NCBI GenBank assembly: GCA_030704615.1
Contig: CM060733.1
Location: 48,174,001-48,238,000, forward strand
Direction: 5' to 3'
Source: Takakia lepidozioides
Lineage: Eukaryota > Plantae > Bryophyta
Length of the DNA: 64,000 bases
Position numbers and translations under genes: made by a program. Below the pieces are notes generated by a model. It saw only the letters and a program-made list of their open reading frames with translations, was not told the origin of the DNA and ran no database searches. Below are positions 24,078 through 34,312 of this stretch, one piece after another (position 1 is the stretch's first letter; each line of letters begins with the position of its first letter).

Positions 24078-25482
24078 TCCTCTAGTCTGCAAAGCAATCG
24101 ATTTTGATGTGTTTTGTGGGCATATGTTTTGGTAGCCAGATGCAAGAGGATTTGTGTACTCCGACTTTTATGTCTGTAGCTAGCTAGGTTCTCAGCTTGA
24201 AACAGAAAGATCTTGCAGATTTTGCTTGTATAATCTGAGACTGTGCAACAAGCTTCTCCCAGGTTGACATTACATTGTGTTAGAATAAAAAATCAGACCT
24301 CGCAGATCTGTTTTTCATCTCTGCTCACTCTCTAGTTTGGATAGAAACCAATAAAACTGCGTCAAGACTCCAGACCTGGCCTCTGCAAAGACTAACTTCC
24401 ACTCCTACAGTGCACCTTCTTCAACACATTAAGGTTTGCTTTCGTCTCTTACCAGGTTCGTCCCCGATTTTTCAAGCCAGAGTTTTGTGAGTTAGCTCCT
24501 GCTGGGTCGATCTATGGTGGTTCCCAGTATTTTTCAATAAACGTCACTGGCGATGGAATAACAGAAAAGTATCCGGAAGTGACGAGGAAAAGGTTTACAG
24601 TATGGGATATGTTCTAAACACTACTAAAGGTGCGACAACGGAGGTATCAACATGACTGTCTGTTATCTTGCAGAAGAAGCAGACAAAAAGATGCATCGAA
24701 AATCTTTCGCAGATTATCTTCCCCATTCTCACCAACACATTTTGTCATGGAATATGATGACTGCAGGAGATCGCTCAGCAGGGGTGAGGTATGGAGGCTT
24801 TTCAGCGGATGAGCGGGCATGGTGTGGTGCCCAACACGTCGCATTCATTTCCACTCTCAATGCGCGACTCAACCCAGAAACCCGGGAAAAAGCAAAGAGG
24901 TCTATAGTCTATAGTACGCTGCCATCCTCAACTGGAATTCCTTGTATATATCATCCTTCTGCCCCTCTCAATTCCCTTACAATGGAACCACCTTGCCGAT
25001 AGCTTAGTTTTGGCTGAAATTTGGAGTGCTCGTGGATTACCAACCATAGAATAGAAATACTAATGTTTGACACCAAAATAAAAGTCTCACAAAGCTTGCT
25101 CCATTGCATGGTCAAAATGGAAACGTGTGATTTTAGTTCCATGTGAAAATGAATTCGTCCCCCCAAAATCATTATAAATTTGTAGAAGAAGAAGAAGACT
25201 CTACGAATTTGTCTGAACCAGGTGTTAAGTTGCATGGGCCCACATGGCTACTGGATGCCGTCCATATGTAGTCCATGCCCAAGCGTAAGAGAATGTTCTA
25301 GAAAAGACTAGAGGGAACGGTAAAACGGAAGAGGGTAGACCCACTATCATTTCCTGTGGATATGCCACCGGAAATGCACTCAACAGTAGGTCAATATTCC
25401 CAGGAAATGGTGGATGATCTGAGTTGCTACACAGATCAATGAATGAAGCAAGACACTTGCATCTTTCCAAGAAAACATCCTT

Positions 25483-28400
25483 TCACCAGTAATCCCCACA
25501 AGAACAAATCCCATCTTCAAAGTGGTGAAAGCGGTTAGCATCACGTACAACAATTGCTCGGCCAACAATCTTTGAGATGAATTTGGTGGAGGTGTGGCAG
25601 TCACCACACACTCGAAGATTCTTGATGAGACGGAGAGGCGTCCTAGGGGTCGTGCTGATCAGCCCAAAACCAATGGCCAGCTTCTCACTGTGATGGCAAA
25701 GAGAAAATTCCTTGTCCTCCTCCCCCACATCATGCAATACAAAGCGCGTGTCAGGCACATACCCCGCCTCCTTCATCTGCCCAGACAATCTTCTCAGCTC
25801 AGCATGGATTTCCTTAATTTTGGGATGCAATTTGTCATCTACAACGAAGGTGTGCACCCTGTTGCCAACCTCAATGCAGCAGCGACCTGGCTCCTTTCTA
25901 ACCCCTCTGACCTTCATCATTCTTCTCACCTTTGCAGTATCATCCCACCTGCCAGCTGCAGCATAGATGTTTGATAGCAACACATACGTCGCGGAATCCA
26001 GTTCATCCCACTTGAGAATAGACGTTGCCGCCCGTTCAGCCATCTCCACATTGCCATGGATTCTGCAGGCACCAAGCAAGGCCTTCCATACCACAACATC
26101 TGGATTGATTGGCATTTTATTAATCAGGTCCATTGCCTCATCCAATTGCCCCGCACGTCCAAGAAGGTCCACCATGCAGCCAAAGTGCTCTACTGTCAGA
26201 GTGACACCATGATCATGAATCAGGGAATCAAAGTAGCGTCTTCCTTCATCCAGTAGGCCAGTGTGGCTGCATGCAGAGAGAACACATATAAAGGTGACAC
26301 TGTCCGGCTTCAAGCCTTTCTTTTGCATTCCTTCCAATAGTTGCAGGGCCTCCCTATGACAACCATGCTGGGCATATCCTGCTATCATCGCATTCCACGA
26401 CACCACATCTCGATCAGCCATATTGTCAAACACTTGCTTTGCAGCCTCGATGCACCCGCATTTGGCATACATGTCCACCAGGGCAGTGTTCAGAATGACA
26501 TCTGGTACAAGTCCAGCTTTGACAAGATCACCATGGACCTCTTTGCCCTTTTCCAGGGCTGCCAGGCTTGCACACGCATTGCAAACGCAAACAAACGTAA
26601 TGTGGTTGGGCTTCACCCCTTCCTGTATCATTTGCTCATAGGTCTCCAAAGCCTCCATCCCACGCCCTTGTTGTGCATATCCTGCGATCATCGCACTCCA
26701 TGACACCACATCTCGTTCAGACATATTGTCAAACACTCCCTTAGCATCCTCAATGCACCCACATTTGGCATACATGTCCACGAGAGTATTGTTTAGAATG
26801 ACATTTGGTACAATTCCAGCTTTGACAAAGTCACCATGGACCTCTTTGGCCTTTTCCAGAGCTGCCAGGCTTGCACACGCATTGCAAACGCCAACAAACG
26901 TGATGTGGTCGGGTTTCACCCCTTCGCCCATCATTTGCTCATAGGTATCCAAAGCCTCCATCCCGTGACCCTGCTGGGCATATCCTGAGATCATTGCGTT
27001 CCATGACACCACATCTCGTTCAGCCATCTTATCAAACACTGCCTTTGCATCCTCGATGGACCCACATTTGGCATACATGTCCACCAGGGTATTGTTCAGA
27101 ATCACATCTGGTACAATTCCAGCTTTGGCAATGTCACCATGCACCTCTTTGCCCTTTTCCAGGGCTGCCAGGCTTGCACAGGCATTGCAAACGCACACAA
27201 ACGTGATGTGGTTGCACTTCACCCCTTCCCCCATCATTTGCTCATAGGTCTCCAAGGCCTCCATCCCGCGCCCCTGCTGAGCATATCCGGCAAGCATCGC
27301 GGTCCATGACACCACATCTCGTTCAGCCATATTGTTGAACACTCCCTCCGCATCCTCAATGCTCCCACATTTTGCATACATGTCCACCAGGGCAGAGTTC
27401 AGAATGACATTGGGTACAATTCCAGCTTTCACAATGTCACCATGGACCTCTTTGCCCTTTTCCAGAGCTGCCAGGCTTGCACAGGCACTGCAAACGCACA
27501 CAAACGTGGTGTGGTTGCACTTCACCCCTTCCCCCATCATTTGCTCATAGGTCTCCAAAGCCTCCATCCCGCACCCCTGCTGTGCATACCCTGCAAGCAT
27601 CGCGTTCCACGACACCACATCTCGTTCAGCCATAGTGTTGAACACTACTTTCGCATCCTCAATGCTCCCACATTTGGCATACATGTCCACCAGGGCAGAG
27701 TTCAGAATGACATTGGGTACAATTCCAGCTTTGACAATGTCACCATGGACCTCTTTGCCCTTTTCCAGAGCTGCCAGGCTTGCACATGCATTGCAAATGC
27801 ACACGAACGTGATCTGGTTGGGCTTCACCCCTTCCCCCATCATTTGATCATAGATCTCCAAAGCCTCCACCCCACGTCGCTGCTGTGCATACCCTGCAAG
27901 CATCGCGTTCCACGACACCACATCTCGTTCAGCCATAGTGTTGAAAACTCCCTTCGCATCCTTAATGCACCCACATTTGGCATACATGTCCACCAGGGCA
28001 GTGTTCAGAATGACATTGGGTACAATTCCAGCTTTGATGATGTCACCATGGACCTCTTTCCCCTTTTCCAGGGCTCCCAGGCTTGCACACGCATTGCAAA
28101 CACCAACAAAGGTGATGTGGTTGGGCTTCACTCCTTCGCGCAGCATTTGCTCATAGGTCTCCAAAGCATTCCTACCACACCCATGCTTGGTAAATCCTGC
28201 CAACATTATATTCCACGTAATCAAAGATCGTTGAGACATTCCGTTGAACACTTGGTGAGCATTCATGATGCTCCCGCACTTAACATACATTTTGACAAGT
28301 GTGTTTAGGAGAAAAACACTTGGCGTGAATCCACTTTGGATAATGTGAGTGTGCACCTGCTTTCCAGCTTCCAGACCTTTCATCTTGATGCACGTAAGCA

Positions 28401-28710
28401 AGAGACAGACATACGTATCTGAATCTGCTGAAATGCCTACTTGGTTTAAAGTCTGTAGAGCCTCTTTCAGTCTGCCTGCCTCACAAAGCATCTTCACATG
28501 CCCAGAAGTGCCAGCAGAGGCATTGTGGACTCCCTCTCTTGATCCTCTTTCAGAAGCTGTGGTCATGGTTGAGGTGCCTGATTTTATCAACTGTGCCACT
28601 GCAGCAGCTGCCTTTAGTTGACCATCTACCCATGCAGGTTTCTTGTAGCTATTGATCCACAGGGAATCATAGGTAATCTTGTGCTTGAAATCTGGCCCTC
28701 TTGGATGAAT
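25483..28710 (-). CDS. Main exon of PLS-class PPR-E1-E2-DYW editing factor 2; it begins with the second half of a PDF motif
   Basis: Seven P-L-S triplets of 101 aa, E1/E2, KEPGRCCIEV, HSEKLA, CGDCH, CSCGDYW*. An acceptor AG at 28712-28711 precedes IHPRGPDFKHK. Confidence 0.95.
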   Translation of the reverse strand: MHPRGPDFKHKITYDSLWINSYKKPAWVDGQLKAAAAVAQLIKSGTSTMTTASERGSREGVHNASAGTSGHVKMLCEAGRLKEALQTLNQVGISADSDTYVCLLLTCIKMKGLEAGKQVHTHIIQSGFTPSVFLLNTLVKMYVKCGSIMNAHQVFNGMSQRSLITWNIMLAGFTKHGCGRNALETYEQMLREGVKPNHITFVGVCNACASLGALEKGKEVHGDIIKAGIVPNVILNTALVDMYAKCGCIKDAKGVFNTMAERDVVSWNAMLAGYAQQRRGVEALEIYDQMMGEGVKPNQITFVCICNACASLAALEKGKEVHGDIVKAGIVPNVILNSALVDMYAKCGSIEDAKVVFNTMAERDVVSWNAMLAGYAQQGCGMEALETYEQMMGEGVKCNHTTFVCVCSACASLAALEKGKEVHGDIVKAGIVPNVILNSALVDMYAKCGSIEDAEGVFNNMAERDVVSWTAMLAGYAQQGRGMEALETYEQMMGEGVKCNHITFVCVCNACASLAALEKGKEVHGDIAKAGIVPDVILNNTLVDMYAKCGSIEDAKAVFDKMAERDVVSWNAMISGYAQQGHGMEALDTYEQMMGEGVKPDHITFVGVCNACASLAALEKAKEVHGDFVKAGIVPNVILNNTLVDMYAKCGCIEDAKGVFDNMSERDVVSWSAMIAGYAQQGRGMEALETYEQMIQEGVKPNHITFVCVCNACASLAALEKGKEVHGDLVKAGLVPDVILNTALVDMYAKCGCIEAAKQVFDNMADRDVVSWNAMIAGYAQHGCHREALQLLEGMQKKGLKPDSVTFICVLSACSHTGLLDEGRRYFDSLIHDHGVTLTVEHFGCMVDLLGRAGQLDEAMDLINKMPINPDVVVWKALLGACRIHGNVEMAERAATSILKWDELDSATYVLLSNIYAAAGRWDDTAKVRRMMKVRGVRKEPGRCCIEVGNRVHTFVVDDKLHPKIKEIHAELRRLSGQMKEAGYVPDTRFVLHDVGEEDKEFSLCHHSEKLAIGFGLISTTPRTPLRLIKNLRVCGDCHTSTKFISKIVGRAIVVRDANRFHHFEDGICSCGDYW

Positions 28711-30660
28711 CTGGACCCACACTCTATCCCTGCTCCTTCAGCTATCACTGCCTCTGCACAAATCATGCATACATCCTTGCCTTGCTGCTAGCAGCTGACA
28801 ATGACAGCCTAGATTTGTTCTAGGAAACACCCAACTCAACTTATCACACTAGTTCGTATGCTCAATTGCATCTGCTACTCTCTGTAATCCAACAGACATT
28901 CACCTTTTTGCCTCGATTGTCCCACCATTGACTGGGGTCAGAAAAGTATTCATTCCACAGCTTCTCCTCGTCTGTGTTACCTGTTTCTGGATACTTTCCT
29001 GTTGTCACATTGGCAGTATCATGTCAAAGTTACTCCAAACTATCAAAGATTCAAACAACCAGCTAACTTGCAGAATTCAACATGGAATTTTAGGGCCGAT
29101 TCTGATAAGAGGGAAAAACAGGGTGAAATGTGTTGAAGAAGGTGCCTTCATTAGCAATGCCTGATTTTATCAATTGTGCCGCTGCTGCTGCGGCTTCCAG
29201 TTGACCATCTACCCATGCAGGTTTCTTGTAGCTATCTGTCCACAGGGAATCATAGGTAATCTTGAGCTTGAAATCCGGCCTTCTTGGATGAATCTGGACC
29301 CAAACTCTATCCCTGCTCCTTCAGCTATCCATGCTCTGCACAAGTCATTTATACATCCTTGCCTTGCTGCTAGCAGCTGACAATGATAGCCTAGATTTGT
29401 TCTAGCAAACACCCCAACCCTATTTATCACACTAGTTCCTATGCTGACTTGTGTTTCCAACAGGCATTCACCTTTTTGCCTCGATTGTTCCACCCTTGAC
29501 TGCGGTCGGAAACATATTCATTCCAGAGCTTCTCCTTGTCTCTGTTATCTGTTTTTCGATAACACATTGGCAGTAACATGTCAAAATCACTCCAAAACCA
29601 CCATAGGCAGAATTCAACCTGAAATTTTAGGGACGACTCTGATAAGAGGGAAAAACAGGCTGAAATGTGTTGAAGAAAGTGCCTTCATTGGCAGTGCCTG
29701 GTTCTATCAATTGTGCTGCTGCCGCTGCTGTTTCCAGTTGACCATCTACCCACGCAGGTTTCTTGTAGCTATTGATCCACAGGGAATCAGAAGTAATCTT
29801 GTGGTTGAAATCTGGCCCTCTTGGATGAATCTGGACCTCTATCCCTGGTCCTTCAGCTATCCCTGCCTGTGTAAAAATCATGAATACATCCTCAGCCTTG
29901 CTGCTAGCAGCTGACACTGACGATGTGAAGTTCTTCCAGCAAACACCCCAACCCTAGTTCCAATTCTGAATTGCATCTGCTTCTCTCTGTAATCCAACAG
30001 GCATTCACCTTTTTGTCTCCATTGTCCCACCATTGACTGGGGTCGGAAAAGTGTTCATACCAAAGCTTCTCCTCATCTCTGTTATCTGTTTTTGGGTACT
30101 TTCCTGCTGCCACATCGGCAGTAACTTGTCAAAGTCACTCCAAACCACCACAGATCCACCCAACGAGCTAACTTACAGAATTTAATATGCAAATTCAGGG
30201 CCGAGTCTGATGAGAGGGCAAAACAGGCTGAAATAGGTCAAAGAAGAAGGTGCCCTCACCACATTGTCCTTGACCTTGTGTCATGACCCATGGAGGATTT
30301 GACCGACCATCAACCCAAAAGGACCGTGTGCTGCTTGTGTCTGTAGTCAGGTAATGTCGAATTGGTCTGTGAGAACCACCACGGTGCAGCTGAGCAGGCA
30401 TAGATTGAAACACGGCCTGCTAAGACCAAGCTGACTCTCCCAAGAACCTTGTAAACATCAGGAAGAATACAAAATCATGGTACTAACAGGAAGAGCCAAG
30501 AGCCCACATCTGCAGGATGGACAAACTTCTTCACATCGTACATTAAGAAAAAGCCTCACCTTGCGACTGCGGTTGTCCCACCATCGTGAAGGATCTTTAA
30601 AAAACTCATGCCAGCTCTGCTCCGTGCTCCAAGGTAGAGGTTTGTGCTCGAAAATCCGAC
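28711..30660 (-). CDS. Upstream exons of PPR-DYW gene 2, encoding (with the start of the main exon) four tandem OSB-type PDF motifs; exons ~30660-30560, 30366-~30256, 30103-30009, 29830-29683, ~29548-29472, 29293-29146, 28998-28904
   Basis: Spliced reads: WHEFFKDPSRWWDNRSRK|TNSTLPDYRHK(fs)..SFWVDGRSNPPWV; LWYEHFSDPSQWWDNGDKK|IHPRGPDFNHKITSDSLWINSYKKPAWV; LWNEYVSDRSQGWNNRGKK|IHPRRPDFKLK...; LWNEYFSDPSQWWDNRGKK|IHPRGPDFKHKITYDSLWINSYKKPAWV. Each motif is split by a phase-0 GT-AG intron at the same position. The three downstream units are ~540-580-bp genomic tandem duplicates. Confidence 0.8.
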
Positions 30661-31004
30661 AGCATCAACATTTTGACAAGGTCCTTTACTGAGGGGTGCT
30701 AGTGAGCTTTCAACAACATTCATGCAAGTCGTTTTGGGCTCCATTGGGCTCTGCACGATGAGGAATATACGAACATGTCCAAACTTACACAGATGCTAAC
30801 CCAGCGTTTGCAGTCTGGAGATTGTAGAGTGGTCTCTAAAAACGATCAGGAGGGAGGCGCTGAGCAGCCAGAGTCTTTCACCCTGGGTCTTGGAATGAAT
30901 TTGACAATTTCATCATAAACCTAATTTAAGGCTGTGACATGGCAATTGGTGCCATGATTTAAGGGGGAATGAATGGAAAGGTGTCAAGGAACCCCTCCCT
31001 CCCG

Positions 31005-32990
31005 TTTTTTTAAGGGCGATCAACGCTTGGCTGTGGTTGCTTGAAAGGGATCATTGGGGAGTGCGCATGGAACCTGACCGCTCTATGAAGCGGCTAGTCG
31101 AAAAGAAAGGGGACAGAGGCCCTTTTAGTCAAAGAGAGAGTCACAAACAGGTGGAAAAAATAACCACCAGGGGCGTGTAGGCTTAGAGTGGGGGCACATC
31201 CCCGAAACCCAAGCAAACTAGCCTTGAAGGTAGGAGTAAGCAAGCAATGAGCAAGAGAGTGAGTATAAATACCTTGTATCATTCTGTGGCACCAAATCGA
31301 AGAAGGGTGTATCTGTGGGGGAAGTAGAGTCAAGAATTGTAGGACTGGTATGAGCAGAGCGATCCTAAGGCGAAGTAAAATAAGACGTCAGTACTTCAGA
31401 GTGACCAGGCGGGCAGGTGGAGTACCCCGAATGACTTTAGGCCATAGGCGGATGTGTCTGCAAGGAAGGTAAAGTCGGGATGTGGAAGGGAGTCAGGATA
31501 GAAGGAAGTGTAATCAAAGCGATCGCAAAGGCAAAAACTGGGCATCAGAACTTCAGCTGGGTCCTGAACCTGGGATCTCGAGCTCTTTTGGGCTGCCAAT
31601 TAAAATCACCTTCATCGCCTTCACCAGGGGACCTCCCACGGGGATGGAGTCTTGCCATCTAAAACGTAGGTTGGGAGACTGGTGCCGAGCAAATTGCTTT
31701 TACCCCAGGAGTCATCGAAATTTTTGAGCAGCTTCCTCCCACGTTGCTCTGTAGTTTAGGAATAGCTGCACACGTAACACACCAGGCCTTACTCCCCTCA
31801 GTGAATAGGTCATTCAGACATATGTTGAACAACACTGACCTGCCTCTGGGGGATTTTCCCTCAAAAATCCATCGTGCATCTGGCCTTCCACAAGTTCCAC
31901 AAAGTAAGTGCTCTAGGACATGCCCAGACTGGGCAGGAGCAATGAGGTGATCCAGGAAGCAAGTTGAGGAGTAGTAAAGATGGAGGGGGAGGAGAAAGGA
32001 AGGAGCCCCAGTAAGAATAGAAAAGAAGTATCATATTCCAAACCCTTCCCGATAGATGGCATTGAGCAAGGCAAGGTAGCTCAATAGTTTCTGGTTCTCT
32101 TTGACAGATCAGGCAAGCGGGAAGGTTCGGCTAGGTTGCAGCAAAAACAGGCAGGGCTCTGTGTGCAAGCTTCCATAAGAAGGCAGAGACCTTTGTTGCA
32201 CGGTCTTTCCTCCATATATCTTTTCAAATCTTGTCCCAGTCTGCCAGCTCGGTGAACTGATGATGCCTCCACTTTTTTAGTCCATTTCCTTATGAAGGAT
32301 CGTGAAGGGTCAAGAGCAGGGAGTATCCCAATTTTACCAAGTAGGCCAAAAAAGGGGAGCGACGTGTGTCCATCCAGCTCTACTCCCCCGAATCAAACTG
32401 CAGACCAGCCAATGGGTGAGATGGGAACCAGCAAAAAGTTGAGTGCAAAGCCCACTGCATGTTCTGCCCACTCGGTGGCAGTGGGTTAACAATCCCATTG
32501 TTGCCAATGACTCTGATGTGGAACAAAGAATTTTTATTCATACTGGTCCTCCCTATCACCTTCAGATTGCCTTCTGTGTCAGCAGAGAAGCGTAGGGCCT
32601 GTGGCCAGCACACCGTTGAGGTAGATGACCAGCAAAACTGTGACTGGAGAGGCTTGAGTGGAGGCCATCCAAGCAAGTGTTGGCCAGCTGTCATTTCCAT
32701 TTTCAAGAATGGGGATGACGTAGGGAGGAATTTGAGAAAGCAGAGTGTCCCAAGCTCTAGCCCTTCTATGTCCCGCCTGGGCAGAAACATCAGCAGTAGG
32801 GATGAACTGGCCATGGCACTCCCAAATGCTGCCCAAGTGACTGAAGGCGCATTTCTCCCAATGTGCCCACTTATTGGGACGCTGCAAAAGCACAAAAGCA
32901 GGGATTCTGAATCCATTGAAATTTCCAAACAGGGGCTGACAATGCATTCCACAAAATTGGCTCCTCCTTCTACCTAGTGGAATCTACTTT
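31005..32990 (-). mobile_element. 5'-truncated, degenerate L1-clade LINE (ORF2 C-terminus, 3' UTR, short A tail)
   Basis: Minus strand gives KVSAFLWKLAHRALPV (~32195-32150), CLICQREPETIE..C (zf-RVT) and LWNLWKARC (~31900-31875). It ends in GCCCTTAAAAAAA near 31005. Confidence 0.7.
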
Positions 32991-33320
32991 CATCCATAAT
33001 AAACTTGAATATATATATATATATATTTGGTTGGGTCAAGGGGGGGAATGTAGCCCTATTAACTTTATTATAACGGATTTGAGAGGCTGAAAGCTTTTAC
33101 AAGTTATTTGGGATTATTGTGGGGAAAAAAATTGAAACCCCTAAAACGCCATGAGGCACACACTGTAGTGAGTGTTCTGCAAACCATCCGTCTCCTCTTA
33201 TATTTGTGGTGTCATTTATATTCTCTTATTATAATTGGTTTATGGTATTTTTGGTGGGGGCTTGCTGCTGTGATTTATTTCAGATTCTTTATAATAATAC
33301 AAATTCATGGTGGTGTGCAG

Positions 33321-33910
33321 TGACAGCTTCCCAACTTGTGGCAGAGCTGAACCTTAGATTCTCCCAACACTTCATGCTTGATGTCATGGGCATTATAGTA
33401 TACCCTCAATACTGGTTACAAGCAGGTTGTGATGACTTTTCCAAAGCATCTTGATGTCTTGAAGAACTGGTGTGGTGAGGAACGCACAATTGGAATGGGA
33501 GTAGAGAAGAAGACAGTTCTGCCCTTATTGAATTGCTGGGATCTTGAATCCCAACAAGGTATGTTTAAGTTGTGTATGAAAAGCAATGTCGGGGCTGCCA
33601 TGGAGCCCCCTTTGACATGAACCATCTCACAAAGATTTGGAGAACCATAGATGCATCAAGAGTACTAACTCATTCATTCCCCGAGTATGTCAAGCTTGCA
33701 GAGATTGCTATGATGCATGTGTTGGGCAGCGTTGAGGACGAGCGGTGCTTCTCATCTTTGTCATTTCTGAAGAGCAAGTTGCGGTCATCTATCGATCCAC
33801 ATTTGCCACTAGTTGTGGGAATGTATTCTTAGAAGTTCTTTGATCTTGAGGATTTCCCTTTGACAAGTGGAGCAATGTTGCGCCACGTGGACGTTATGGA
33901 GTTACGCATA
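33321..33910 (+). mobile_element. hAT transposase C-terminal (dimerisation domain) remnant with frameshifts
   Basis: LVAELNLRF...IVYPQYW...LTKIWR...FPEYVKLAEIAMMHVLGSVEDERCFSSLSFLKSKLR...HLPLVVGMYS. Confidence 0.8.
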
Positions 33911-34312
33911 GAATTGGACTATTCTATGTTGTAGTGTAAGGCATATCAACAATGCTCTCCCTTTGTTTCCATCATTTCTGCAAGTATAGTGATTTTCTTA
34001 CATTTTAGATGATGACTTTGGACTTGTGAAGCTCTTGAGATGATGGTGTTTGCTGCCCCAAAAGCCAACCCACCGCACGCCACAATACAACACAACAACA
34101 AAAGCGGACTGCTTTGGCTGCGCACCCGCTTCGTCTGTCAACGTTGCTCGCACTGCCAACGCGGGCCGAGTGTGTCATGCTTCCACTCTGCGGGCCACGC
34201 TCGCTGCTACCATTCCTTGTGCTCGCCTGGACCCCCTCCCTACTCGCTTGCTTTTACTGTGCTGCTGCAGTGCCAAGGCGAGGGTGTAATAAGCCTGCCT
34301 GTGTGCACAAGC

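Noticed and set aside
25483-25900. U-to-C (DYW:KP-type) editing factor
   Set aside because: Both DYW domains have a PG box, HSEKLA and terminal DYW, not the KPAxA/HAE signature.
26341-28308. Plus-strand ORFs over PPR gene 2 (and the antisense ORFs over PPR gene 1 and the RLPs)
   Set aside because: They are shadow frames of repetitive coding sequence, with the same 303-bp period.
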